This document shows, piece after piece, positions 19,701-29,986 of a DNA stretch of 64,000 nucleotides; the first letter of the stretch is position 1, and each line of letters opens with the position of its first letter. The translations under genes and the position numbers were made by a program. The stretch is from positions 1,792,001-1,856,000 of the forward strand of contig OZ253553.1 in NCBI GenBank assembly GCA_965262715.1, read 5' to 3'. The notes under the pieces were generated by a model. It was not told the origin of the DNA and ran no database searches. It saw only the letters and a program-made list of their open reading frames with translations. Origin of the DNA: Bdellovibrionales bacterium. GTDB taxonomy: Bacteria; Bdellovibrionota; Bdellovibrionia; Bdellovibrionales; JAUICD01.

Positions 19701-20861
19701 ATGATTAAATCAATTAAATTTCAGAATTTTACATCCTTTTATCATCAAGGTGAGGTCAACTTTGCAGTTAATAATGATGCTCCAAACACGTCTCATTTTA
19801 AGAAATGCGGCACTCATCGACTCTCAAAAGTATCAGCTATTTTAGGAGCCAATGGCTCAGGTAAAACTAATGTTCTTTATGCATTTGCTTTTTTAGGAAA
19901 CTTTATAGCACATTCATTTTCAAAAACTTCGGAAGGAATAAATATGCATCCACATGCAGCGCAGGCAGATAAGCCTTCTTATTTCGAAGTTGAGTTTTAT
20001 ATTAAAAAACAATTGTATAAGTTTTCTTTAAAACTTGATCAAAAAAGAGTTCTTTTAGAGACTTTACAGTGTCTCAGTCAAGATACAAAGATATTGTATT
20101 CAAGAGAATATGATTCTTCGAAAGGTTCTTATGCATTTGATGGTAAGAACCTAAAGGTAGAAAGTGATTTTATAAATAGAGTGCGGCCTAATGCTTCTGT
20201 TGTATCTACAGGATCACAGTTCAATTATGAGGAACTTCATCAAATTAAAAGTTATTGGGATCATATCATTTTTTCACCTTCTTTTAATGTTTTTAAAGCT
20301 TCTAAGTTTTATTTTGAAAATAAAGATTATTTTGATAATGCTAAAGAATATCTTAAAAAATTAGACCTTGGGTTATCAGATATCGATATAAAAAAAACAG
20401 AACAGAAAACATCAAAGGATAAAATAAAAACTGTTTATCTTCCTTATGGTATCCATAAACACAAATCTAAGGAATTTAAAATCCCTTTTATTTTTGAATC
20501 TTTTGGAACACAGAAATTATACACTACGCTTAGAATGATTTTACCTACTTTAGGTACAGGTTCACTTTGTGTTATAGATGAGATAGAATCTTCTCTTCAT
20601 CCAAAGATGTTGCCATTTATTTGTGATTTATTTGTATCGGAGGAGAGTAATCCTAAAGGGGCTCAACTGCTTTGTACAACACATGCGCCTATCTTGGTGA
20701 ATGAATTATCACAATATCAAATATTTTTAACTGAAAAAAATAAAGATTGTGAGAGTGAAATCTATCGATTGGATGATGTTGAAGGTGTAAAATCAGATGA
20801 CAACTTTCTTGGAAAATACTTAGCGGGAGCTTACGGCGGAGTTCCTCAGATTGATGTATAA
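19701..20861 (+). CDS. RloA-like AAA ATPase (AAA_21)
   Basis: GANGSGKT, ESFGTQK, VIDEIESSLHP, TTH, C-terminal YLAGAYGGVP. Confidence 0.85.
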   Translation: MIKSIKFQNFTSFYHQGEVNFAVNNDAPNTSHFKKCGTHRLSKVSAILGANGSGKTNVLYAFAFLGNFIAHSFSKTSEGINMHPHAAQADKPSYFEVEFYIKKQLYKFSLKLDQKRVLLETLQCLSQDTKILYSREYDSSKGSYAFDGKNLKVESDFINRVRPNASVVSTGSQFNYEELHQIKSYWDHIIFSPSFNVFKASKFYFENKDYFDNAKEYLKKLDLGLSDIDIKKTEQKTSKDKIKTVYLPYGIHKHKSKEFKIPFIFESFGTQKLYTTLRMILPTLGTGSLCVIDEIESSLHPKMLPFICDLFVSEESNPKGAQLLCTTHAPILVNELSQYQIFLTEKNKDCESEIYRLDDVEGVKSDDNFLGKYLAGAYGGVPQIDV

Positions 20862-20863
20862 CG

Positions 20864-21373
20864 ATGGTAAAGAAGAGAAAACAAAAACACACTATATTTA
20901 TTTATTGTGAGGGCAAAGATGATCGTTTATTTATTCAACATCTGAAGCGTGCTTTTGCTAGTCTTAAAAAAAGTATTGAATCTAAAAAAGGAGGAGGAGG
21001 TGGACCTTCTTGGATGATTCAAAAGACTACTCGTGAGCCTGGCGAATATGATGAAAAATATATTTTTTTAGACTTAGATCAAGGTAAAGATAAGGAAAAG
21101 CATGAGAGTGATGCTAATAAACAAAATATCACATTGATTTGGTCTACTCCATGTTTAGAAGGATTATTTCTACAGATATTAAATGGTCATCCTCAAATGT
21201 CTGATTCGCAAAAATATAAAAATCACTTTAAGAAGGAATATAATTCAAATAAAAGACAATATGATCCTACAATGTTTGAAAGATTATTCCCTAAGGAAAA
21301 GCTTGTTTCTAAAAAGGCAAAGATTCCAACACTCAATCAATTGATTCAAATAATAAATAGCATAGGAGATTAA
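20864..21373 (+). CDS. RloB-like protein
   Basis: IYCEGKDD, FLDLD, STPCLE motifs; immediately follows the RloA-like ATPase. Confidence 0.75.
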   Translation: MVKKRKQKHTIFIYCEGKDDRLFIQHLKRAFASLKKSIESKKGGGGGPSWMIQKTTREPGEYDEKYIFLDLDQGKDKEKHESDANKQNITLIWSTPCLEGLFLQILNGHPQMSDSQKYKNHFKKEYNSNKRQYDPTMFERLFPKEKLVSKKAKIPTLNQLIQIINSIGD

Positions 21374-21382
21374 AAAAAGCTT

Positions 21383-22243
21383 ATGACAGATATATCTGAT
21401 ACAACTACCCATAATATAAATGAAATAAAAATTCCTCAACCGACACCACTTCCTGAAAGAAATCTTGTTTATAAACCGTTTTTGTTTTTTTTGTACAAAG
21501 AGATTAGACGATTTTGGCGTGTTAAAGGTCAAACTATTTTTAATCCTCTTGTACAAAGTTCTTTATATCTTTTAATTTTCGGTGTGAGTTTAGGAGGGAG
21601 TATTGTTTTAGATAATGGTCTAAGTTATATGGAATTTTTAATCCCGGGGCTTGTTATGATGGCCGCATTGAATAACGCTTTTTTAAACTGTGCAGGTTCT
21701 ATTGTAACCTCTAAATTTCATGGAGATATTCAAGACCTCAAAGTTATTCCTCTATCTGATTATTTGATCTTAATAGCTTTTGCTTTAGGAGGTCTGATAA
21801 GGGGAATGGTTGTTGGATTGCTCACGTTGGTTGCTTGTCAAATATGTTTTTTTATTATAAATGACCGTTTGCTACCTATTTTACATCCTGGACTTTTTCT
21901 GATTTTTTTAGCTCTCGGAGGACTTTCTTTTGGCTTTTTAGGTGCCTTTACTGGATTTTGGGCAAAAGGATACGAGCATGTCAGTGCTATCGGAGGATTT
22001 ATTGTTTTACCTTTGTTGTATTTAGGAGGGGTTTTTTATTCAATAGCTAATCTTCATCCTGTCTTGCAGATTCTTTCAAGGCTTAATCCTATGCTTTACT
22101 TTATCAATGGCATACGTTACGGTTTTTTAGAACAAAGTGATGTTGGATGGATACAGTGTCTCTGGATTGCAATATTATCAATGATGGTATGTATGTTTTT
22201 AAGTGTGACGTGCTTTCGTACCTCTTCTTTTCAACGCTGGTAA
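21383..22243 (+). CDS. ABC-2 type transporter permease (YadH-like)
   Basis: KEIRRFWR, PGLVMM, PLLYLGGVFYS, LNPMLYFINGIRYGF; multiple TM helices. Confidence 0.9.
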   Translation: MTDISDTTTHNINEIKIPQPTPLPERNLVYKPFLFFLYKEIRRFWRVKGQTIFNPLVQSSLYLLIFGVSLGGSIVLDNGLSYMEFLIPGLVMMAALNNAFLNCAGSIVTSKFHGDIQDLKVIPLSDYLILIAFALGGLIRGMVVGLLTLVACQICFFIINDRLLPILHPGLFLIFLALGGLSFGFLGAFTGFWAKGYEHVSAIGGFIVLPLLYLGGVFYSIANLHPVLQILSRLNPMLYFINGIRYGFLEQSDVGWIQCLWIAILSMMVCMFLSVTCFRTSSFQRW

Positions 22244-22710
22244 GATTTAGGTTTTGTTGAAGTTTCTTCAAGATACTTAAATTTTACACCCGGCTTGATT
22301 TTGTTTTTTGAAAACCACCCCTTATTCATTTCTAAGGCATATTTGGCAGGAAGATGGCTCTTATATGTCCTTCTGGGCTCTTTTAAAAGAATACTTTCAG
22401 GTTGCATCTCTTGAACTTCCAATAACTCCTTTTTAGAATTAAAAAATCCAATACTCAAAGGAATGTATGTATTTTTCATCCAGAAAGAAAGAGGCTGTGA
22501 AGAAGGAAATACAAATAACATACCTTGATCATTTGGAAGAGATTTGCGGTACATCAGTCCACGTGTTCTTTTTTCTGTTGTATCTGCAATTTCAGCTTGT
22601 ATAATCTTATGCCCAACTTTTAGTCTTTTTAAAGATGGGGTATCTTGGCTGTAAGCCCTATCATAATCTAAATTGATAATAAAAATAGAAAATAAAAAAA
22701 TAAATTTCAT
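22231..22710 (-). CDS. DUF192 family protein
   Basis: AEIADT..RTRGLMYR, GMLFVF, FWMKNTYIPLSIGF, YALEMNKG. Confidence 0.9.
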   Translation of the reverse strand: MKFIFLFSIFIINLDYDRAYSQDTPSLKRLKVGHKIIQAEIADTTEKRTRGLMYRKSLPNDQGMLFVFPSSQPLSFWMKNTYIPLSIGFFNSKKELLEVQEMQPESILLKEPRRTYKSHLPAKYALEMNKGWFSKNKIKPGVKFKYLEETSTKPKSYQR

Positions 22711-22754
22711 CTATACACTTTTAACTGAGAGCTTTAACTAGATTTTGAAATATC

Positions 22755-23221
22755 TTTTATTTAAACTCAAACCTTGTACCTATTTTAATTTCATTTTTTT
22801 CAAACTATCCTTGATTCACTTCTAAAACATATTGGCAAGGGTAATGAGACATATACCTCCTTCTTCTAAGGGTATCTACAAGAGGGCTATCTGGTTGCAT
22901 TTCCTGAACTTCTAATAATTCTCTTTCAGCATTAAAAAACCCTACGTTGAGAGGAATATATACATGGTCCGTCCACAAAAAAAATGTTTCTTCAGAAGGC
23001 ATGACGAACAATATACCCTGATTTTCTGGAAGATTTCGTCGATATGTTAATCCATGTTTTATTTTTTCTTCTGTATCTGCGATTTCTACATATATATCCT
23101 TATCTCCTATTTGCAATAATTGCAAATTGTTATCTTGAGAATATACATTATCATAAACTAAACTGACAACAATAAAAAGATTTATTGAAATTAATAACTT
23201 ATAATTTATTAGAGCCTTCAT
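22755..23221 (-). pseudogene. DUF192 paralog with premature stop
   Basis: In-frame TAG at 22805-07 where the paralog has Trp (EMNKGW); frame continues FEKNEIKIGTRFEFK. Confidence 0.7.
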
Positions 23222-23260
23222 ATCCTTAAGCCCTCAAATATCCGATCACTTACACTTAAT

Positions 23261-23890
23261 TCAGTTTGTTCTTTTAGTAATATTATTAAGATGTGTTATT
23301 CTATTTTTTTCCACTGTAAGAAGATAAATGATAACCGCTTGAACTGGCCAATCTCTTAATATAGTAGTATCGGGTAATTGTTCTGGGTCTATTTTAGCAA
23401 AAGTGGTTACATTTCTCACATGGCTGTTGATAGCTATGTCATGCGCTGTATCACCATCAGCATTTAAAACACTTAAGTCAGCTCCACTTGCTAAAAGCCC
23501 ATTGACAATGGCATCACGGCCAGGGATACCGTCCTTACTGGCTACCATAAGTGGCGTTATACCAGACTTGGTTTGAAAGTTAACATCCGCTTCTGCACCT
23601 ATCAAAATGTGAAAGATTTCTTGATGACTGTGATCAATTGCTATCATAAGTGCTGTAAAGTGACCAAATGGGTCTTGAGCATCCACATCAGCACCTTGAT
23701 GTAGTAAATCTTGAACAGCTTGTACATCACCTCGTGTGACAGCTTCTATAAAGGATCCATTTATGTCCGATCCCTCTTTAGCTATTGAAGTGAAACTTAT
23801 AACAGAAGTTAAAATAAAAAGTACCAATATATTTTTAAATAAAGGAAATAACACAATAAACATCCTTGATTTTATACAGGTTATATTCAT
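23261..23890 (-). CDS. Secreted ankyrin-repeat protein
   Basis: Hydrophobic N-terminus; TALMIA, GITPLMVA, GADVD/GADLS repeats. Confidence 0.85.
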   Translation of the reverse strand: MNITCIKSRMFIVLFPLFKNILVLFILTSVISFTSIAKEGSDINGSFIEAVTRGDVQAVQDLLHQGADVDAQDPFGHFTALMIAIDHSHQEIFHILIGAEADVNFQTKSGITPLMVASKDGIPGRDAIVNGLLASGADLSVLNADGDTAHDIAINSHVRNVTTFAKIDPEQLPDTTILRDWPVQAVIIYLLTVEKNRITHLNNITKRTN

Positions 23891-24117
23891 TTAAACCTAT
23901 TTATCTTCATCAGGAAGAAAAATAAATAGCAATCATCTTTTTATTACAGAGTTTCTTTTTGAGTATCAATGAAAAATATTGAGCTTTCTTAAATAAGTAA
24001 TAAATCAAAGCAAAATGGGGTATTAAATAATGCAGTCAGTTAAAACTCAATTTTTCAAAAATTTCTTTAAGATAGTTTTGAATTTTTTCATAAGAAATAG
24101 AGAGAGAAATAAAACGA

Positions 24118-24448
24118 TTTCCTTAACATGTTGTTAAAAAATGAGGGGAGTCTCCTTACTAAAATGCATCATACTTTCTAGGCATTACCCTATTTGCCAG
24201 ACGGCGTGAGCTAGTTTGGGGGCGATGCCAGAAAGTTGCCAGAGGCTTGCCTCGAGAGGCTCGCCTCGAGAGGCAAGATGCATTTTAGTGAAAATTGAAA
24301 CAGTTTCCCTAACATGAAGTAAAGAGATGAGGGGAGTCTCTCTCCTAAAAATAAACGGATTTTTGAGGCAGTCAGCATTTTCTTGAAGATGTGAATCTTC
24401 AGGCTGACTGCCCAAAAACTGCCAGAGGCAGGTTTATTTTTAGGGAAA
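24118..24448 (+). repeat. Adjacent family-B elements (B1 24118-24293, B2 24304-24448)
   Basis: tttcc(c/t)taacat start, gaggggagtct, long covarying stems, ttag(t/g)gaaa end. Confidence 0.8.
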
Positions 24449-24452
24449 TAGA

Positions 24453-25505
24453 TCAATTACATTTTTCCTGATCGTACCTGCAAATTCCAAAGCGGCCCAG
24501 TTCTGCTACATAAGCTAGAGCTAGCTTAACAAAGTCAACAGAATGCTCAGCATTGCCACCAGACGCTTCAAAAGTGTCTGTGACTTTATGTATATGAGGA
24601 GTGATCTCACGTAACCTGGCTTCTATAAACATGGAAGCAGGATAGCCTGCATTATGCCAAGAGGCATGATCTGAACATCCACGTTCACAATAATCGTATT
24701 CCCATGTTATTTCTGGGAGATAAGTTTGAATGAGTCGTTCTAAAAATGCATTTTGCCCAGGATCTGTATAATCACCAATCATAACAAGATCAAGATCTTC
24801 AGAGCCTCTAAAGTTTGTCATATCAAAATTCAGAACACCAATGACATTTTGACCCTCTGCTGCAAAAGAGTTGGCAATATGCTCTGATCCTTTTAAACCT
24901 AACTCCTCTGCTGCAGACCCTACGGCTTTAACGGTTCTTGGCAGACAACCATTGTTATGAAGCATCAGGACTCTAACCACTTCTGTAATGACGGCTATTC
25001 CAGAAGCATTGTCATCAGCTCCTGGTGATCTTTTCCCTAGATTCTCTTCATCATTAGCAGGTGTGCCAACTCTTTCTTTAAGAGCAGAGTCAGCATGAGC
25101 TCCTAGGACGATTATTTCTTCTGGGATAATGCAGCCTTCTATAGTAAGTATTAAAGAAGGTTGCAGGGGACTGAATTCTGGATGGTAAAAATAATCTATA
25201 CTAACATTATTTTTACCTTGTGTTATTTCTTCCACTTGGGATTTTAAGCCTTCACCTTGTGCTACCTCTTCCCACTTGGATTTTAACCATTTCTGTGCCT
25301 CAATAGCTTTTGGACTATTATAATATCTTGTTTCAAATGCTGAAAAAGCTTGTATGGTATTTGCTATCTCTGCGGCATCTACACTCTCTAACATCTCAAC
25401 CACTTCTGGTAATGGCTCTTGAGCTAAAACCGGTTTATAGAACAAAACAGAAAAAGATAACCCTATCAATCCAAAAACAATATGTTTCATATTATTAACC
25501 TCCAA
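24453..25505 (-). CDS. M28 family leucyl aminopeptidase, secreted
   Basis: GAHADS, GADDNASG, AAEELG, NFDMT, SDHASW, HIH. Confidence 0.9.
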   Translation of the reverse strand: MEVNNMKHIVFGLIGLSFSVLFYKPVLAQEPLPEVVEMLESVDAAEIANTIQAFSAFETRYYNSPKAIEAQKWLKSKWEEVAQGEGLKSQVEEITQGKNNVSIDYFYHPEFSPLQPSLILTIEGCIIPEEIIVLGAHADSALKERVGTPANDEENLGKRSPGADDNASGIAVITEVVRVLMLHNNGCLPRTVKAVGSAAEELGLKGSEHIANSFAAEGQNVIGVLNFDMTNFRGSEDLDLVMIGDYTDPGQNAFLERLIQTYLPEITWEYDYCERGCSDHASWHNAGYPASMFIEARLREITPHIHKVTDTFEASGGNAEHSVDFVKLALAYVAELGRFGICRYDQEKCN

Positions 25506-25692
25506 ATAAATAACTAAAGAACCTAATTAGAACTTATCAATAACATAGAACCTCACCATAAGTCTAGACCCTTTGTAAAGTTTTCATAGCTCTTTGTAAA
25601 ACTTTCATACCTTACTATCTCTATTGTTAAAACTTACAGCACAGAATGATGTTTTAGACAGTGCAGCGAGTTAAACCTCTCTTTTGACCAAC

Positions 25693-25911
25693 TTATAGGT
25701 CAGTTTTTTCAATACCTTGATGTAGTAAATCTTGAACAGTTTGTGCATCATCTCGTGTGACGGCTTCTATAAAGGATTCACTTATATCCGATTCCTCTTT
25801 AGCTATTGAAGTGAAACTTATGACAGAAGTTAAAATAAAAAGTACTAATATATTTTTAAATAAAGGAAATAACACAATAAACATCCTTAATTTTATACAG
25901 GTTATATTCAT
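25693..25911 (-). pseudogene. Ankyrin-protein 5' fragment fused to a copy of the gpmI 3' end
   Basis: Matches the N-terminus of 23261-23890 to QDLLHQG, then IEKTDL* like the gpmI fragment end IEKSDL* at 29629. Confidence 0.8.
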
Positions 25912-26225
25912 TTAAGCCTATTCATCAGTAAGGAAAATAAATAGCAATTATCTTTTTACTACAGAATTTCTTTTTGAGTATCAATGAAAAATATTGAGGT
26001 TTCTTAAATAAGTAATAAATCAAAGCAAAATGGGGTATTAAATAATGTAGTCAGTTAAAACTCAATTTTTCAAAAACTTCTGTAAGATAGTTTTGAATTT
26101 TTTCATAAGAAATAGAGAGAGAAATAAAACGATTTCCTTAACATGTTGTTAAAAAATGAGGGGAGTCTTCCTCCTAAAAATGAACAGATTTTTGAGACAG
26201 TCAGCATTTTCTTGAAGACATAAGT

Positions 26226-28181
26226 CCTGAGTTTGACACTTAATTTGAATTTTCGTGATATTTTTTTCAAGGAATGTTGTATTTATAGTCATTAGCGGTT
26301 ATTGTGTTTGTATTTTGGTCAAAAAGTGTAGTGTACTTATTTATCATACACTACGCGTCATATACCTTATTTTCTTTTATTTTTTATATTTTTCTTGTAA
26401 TGTATTTTTATGTTCATAAGGTCTACAAGAAATCCGAGAGGAGACATATATTATCATCTTGTTGAGAGCTACAGATTAGGTTCTCAAGTGAAGCAAAGGA
26501 TTCTAATGTCTTTAGGTAAAGCCGCGGATAAGGAAGTTAACTTGAAGAAGCTTCTAGAAGTATTATCTAAAGAGTTAGAGATAATTCCTGCTAGTAAGTT
26601 ATTAAAAGAGATTGATGTTAAAGACACTTTTATATTAGGTCCCTTACTTATAATAGATGCTATTTTCAAACAATTAAATCTCTATGAATTATTAACAGAT
26701 TTAAAACAAAAGCACCCTAAAGTACAATTTGATTTTGTTAAGATTATTTTTACATTGGTTATAAGCCGTTTTGTAGAGCCATGTTCTAAGCTTAAAGTAT
26801 TTTCACACTGGCAGAAGTTATTTTACCCTGATTTTTTAGAAGAGGAGCTTCATCTTCAAGACATTTATCGTTCTTTAGATATTCTAAGTAAGCATAAGGA
26901 AGATATAGAGAAGACTCTTTATACACAAGGTAAGTCTCAGTTAAGTTTTTTCAATGAGTGTGATGTTATTTTGTATGATTTAACGACATTGAGATTTGAG
27001 AGTACCCGAGAGGATTTAGATAATCTTCGAAGATTTGGTTATAGCAAAGAGAAGAGGAGTGATTGTACCCAGGTGGTATTTGGACTTTTAGTAGATAGAG
27101 AAGGTATGCCCTTAGGCTTTGATGTTTATCCTGGAAATACCTTTGAAGGTAAAACCATACCTTCAGTTATGGAGAAACTAAAAAAGAAGTTTAAGATCAG
27201 AAGATTTATATTAGTAGGAGATAGAGGTTTATTTTCTAATGAGAATTTACAATCTGTAAAAGCAAAGGGAGATGAATTTATAGTAGGATTAAAGCTAGGT
27301 TTATTAAAGGATCGTCATTCAGAGATATACAATTTAAAGAATTTTAAATTTATAAATGAAGATTTAGCTATATACGAGACGAGTTATAATGATAATCGTT
27401 GTATAATTACCTGGTCAAGAAAGAGAGCAGAACGAGATAAGAAAGTAAGAGAAGATATTCTATCTAAGTTAGAAGATAAGCTTTCAAAATCGTCATCAAG
27501 CACAAAGGATTTTGTATCTAATAGCAATTATAAGAAGTATATTATTCATCCTAAGAGTAAAGGCAAGCCTACTTTAAATAAGTCAGCCATAGAACAATCA
27601 GAGAGGACAGATGGTTTTTTTGGAATCATTACAAATACAGATAGTTTAAGTTCTGAAGAGATTATAACGAACTATAAGCAATTATGGAAGGTAGAGAATT
27701 CATTTAGAGAATTGAAAGGTACATTAAAGACACGTCCTATGTTCCACTGGACAGATAAGAGGATCTTAGGACATTTAGTTGTGTGTTTTTTATCTTACTT
27801 ATGTGAGGCTTATTTTTCAAAGAAGTTACATCAGAGAAACATCACATTAAAAGATAAAGCAATTACAGACAAGAGAATAAAGTCAAGGCCATTGAGTGTG
27901 GCAGAAGCTATGTCAAAGCTGAAAGAAGTACGAGCTATACCTGTGAGGGTAAAGGATAAGACACTTTGGATCAGAACAGATATTAACGGTAACAATGCTG
28001 ATGTATTTAAAGCTATAGGAGCAAAGATCCCATCAAAACAACTTAAAGTAGAATCTACTTAGACCTACAAACAATCTCTTAAATCTCTACCACAAAATCA
28101 AAATGTAGTGGTACAAAATCACACATCCACTGTAACTAACTAAAATAACTTAACTTTATTTTCGCAACTGTCAAACTCAGG
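26226..28181 (+). mobile_element. IS1634-family element with 118-bp flanking direct repeat
   Basis: TIR cctgagtttgaca / tgtcaaactcagg; 26108-26225 repeated at 28182-28299. Confidence 0.9.
26410..28062 (+). CDS. IS1634-family DDE transposase
   Basis: YDLTT, FGYSKEKR, PGNT.E, VGDRG, YKQLWKVENSFRELK, RPMFHW. Confidence 0.92.
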   Translation: MFIRSTRNPRGDIYYHLVESYRLGSQVKQRILMSLGKAADKEVNLKKLLEVLSKELEIIPASKLLKEIDVKDTFILGPLLIIDAIFKQLNLYELLTDLKQKHPKVQFDFVKIIFTLVISRFVEPCSKLKVFSHWQKLFYPDFLEEELHLQDIYRSLDILSKHKEDIEKTLYTQGKSQLSFFNECDVILYDLTTLRFESTREDLDNLRRFGYSKEKRSDCTQVVFGLLVDREGMPLGFDVYPGNTFEGKTIPSVMEKLKKKFKIRRFILVGDRGLFSNENLQSVKAKGDEFIVGLKLGLLKDRHSEIYNLKNFKFINEDLAIYETSYNDNRCIITWSRKRAERDKKVREDILSKLEDKLSKSSSSTKDFVSNSNYKKYIIHPKSKGKPTLNKSAIEQSERTDGFFGIITNTDSLSSEEIITNYKQLWKVENSFRELKGTLKTRPMFHWTDKRILGHLVVCFLSYLCEAYFSKKLHQRNITLKDKAITDKRIKSRPLSVAEAMSKLKEVRAIPVRVKDKTLWIRTDINGNNADVFKAIGAKIPSKQLKVEST

Positions 28182-28206
28182 AGAAATAGAGAGAGAAATA
28201 AAACGA

Positions 28207-28351
28207 TTTCCTTAACATGTTGTTAAAAAATGAGGGGAGTCTTCCTCCTAAAAATGAACAGATTTTTGAGACAGTCAGCATTTTCTTGAAGACATAAGTC
28301 TTCAGGCTGACTGTCCAAAAACAGCCAGAGGCTGGTTCATTTTTAGGGAAA
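28207..28351 (+). repeat. Family-B2 element (target of IS1634)
   Basis: cctaaaaatgaac/gttcatttttagg and gacagtcagc/gctgactgtc stems. Confidence 0.8.
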
Positions 28352-28355
28352 CATA

Positions 28356-29438
28356 TCAATTACATTTTTCTTGATCGTATCTACAAATTCCAAAGCGATC
28401 TATCTCTGCTATATAAACTAGAGCTAATTTGGCAAAATTGACAGAGTGTTCAGCATTACCACCTGATTCTTCAAAAGTATCTGTGACTTTATGCATGTGA
28501 GAAGTAACTTCATGCACCCTTGCTTCTACCAACATGGAAACAGGAAATCCTGCATTATGCCAAGAAGCATGATCTGAACATTCATAGCCACATTCATCAT
28601 ATTCCCATTTTATTTCTGGAAGATAAGTCTGAATAAGTTGCTCTAAAAATGCATTTTGTCCAGAGTTCGTATAATCAGAAATCATGACAAGGTCAAGGTC
28701 CTCAGAGCCTCTAAAGTTTGTCAGATCAAAATTAAGAACACCAACAATTTTTTGATCATCTTCTACAAAAGATTTAGCAATATGCTCTGATCCTTTCTGG
28801 CCTATCTCTTCTGCTGCATACGCCATGAACATAATGGTTCTTGTAGGACGATAATTGTGGAGCATTAAAACTCTAAGAATTTCTGTAATGACTGCTATTC
28901 CAGAAGCATTGTCATCCACTCCTGGTGAGCTTGTTATTGGGTCTAGATTCATATTTCCTATAATAGTTTTAATAATGCTTATTCTAGAAGCATTGTCATC
29001 GCCATCCTCTTGTGCCTCTTCTTGCTGGTTTTCCTCATTAAGAAGCTTCTCAATAACCTCTTTCTCTGGGTACATAATAGAATCAGCATGAGCTCCTAGC
29101 ACAATTTTTTCTTCTGGGATAGTACTACCTTCAATAGTGAGGATTAAAGAAGGCATAGGACTGAACTCTGGATGATCAAAAAACTCTATACGAACATCAT
29201 TCCTATTTTGTGTTATCTCTTCCCATTTAGATTTTAACCATTCCTGTGCTTTAATGGCCTCTAGGCTTCTATAATACCTTGTAAATCCCGAAAAAGATTT
29301 CATGGTATCTTCTATCTCTAGAGCATCTACACTCTCTAACATTCTAGTGATTGGAGGTTTTTGGTCACCTTGACTGCAACCGGTTATAAAAAGTACCCAT
29401 ATTGAGCTTAAAACGACATTTTTCATATTAACGTCCAA
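28356..29438 (-). CDS. M28 family leucyl aminopeptidase, probable lipoprotein (paralog of 24453-25505)
   Basis: ITGC lipobox-like; GAHADS, DDNASG, AAEEIG, SDHASW; identical C-terminal GICRYDQEKCN. Confidence 0.9.
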   Translation of the reverse strand: MDVNMKNVVLSSIWVLFITGCSQGDQKPPITRMLESVDALEIEDTMKSFSGFTRYYRSLEAIKAQEWLKSKWEEITQNRNDVRIEFFDHPEFSPMPSLILTIEGSTIPEEKIVLGAHADSIMYPEKEVIEKLLNEENQQEEAQEDGDDNASRISIIKTIIGNMNLDPITSSPGVDDNASGIAVITEILRVLMLHNYRPTRTIMFMAYAAEEIGQKGSEHIAKSFVEDDQKIVGVLNFDLTNFRGSEDLDLVMISDYTNSGQNAFLEQLIQTYLPEIKWEYDECGYECSDHASWHNAGFPVSMLVEARVHEVTSHMHKVTDTFEESGGNAEHSVNFAKLALVYIAEIDRFGICRYDQEKCN

Positions 29439-29628
29439 TAAATAACTAAAAAACGTAATTAGAATGTATCAATAGCATAACACGTCACCATAAGTCTATA
29501 CTCTTTGTAAAACTTTCATAACTCTTTGTAAAGTTTTCATACCTTACTATCTCTACCCTCTATTAAAACTTAAAGAGCAAAATAATGTTTTAGGCAGCGC
29601 AACGAGTGAAACCTCTCTTTTGACCAAC

Positions 29629-29986
29629 TTATAAGTCAGATTTTTCAATTAAGTTATGTCCTGTCATCTCTTTTGGGACAGGTAAGTTAAGAAGGGTTAA
29701 GAGAGTAGGTGCAATATCAGAAAGTTTTCCATTAGAAAGCCTGTAAGGTGTTTGATCAGATCGAGATATCCATATCAGAGGGACAGGATTTGTCGTGTGT
29801 TGAGTTAAAACCTGAGATGTCTTAGGACAGATCATCTCCTCACAGTTGCCATGATCAGATGTGATAAAAATTTCATGATTTGATTTTTCTGCCTGAGATG
29901 CAATACGGCCTAAACATTCATCAATCACTTCTATAGCTTTAATAGCTGCTTTTTCATTGCCCGTGTGGCCTACCATATCTCCGTTT
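29629..29986 (-). pseudogene. Duplicated 3' end of gpmI (island-flanking direct repeat)
   Basis: Nearly identical to 38859-39204; homology begins at the helicase stop codon. Confidence 0.88.

Noticed and set aside
24185..24456. Short ORFs over family-B elements (also 17166-17369, 28177-28359) and over A/C elements (3845-4042, 9390-9704)
   Set aside because: They are translations of non-coding repeats; frames and stops are not conserved between copies
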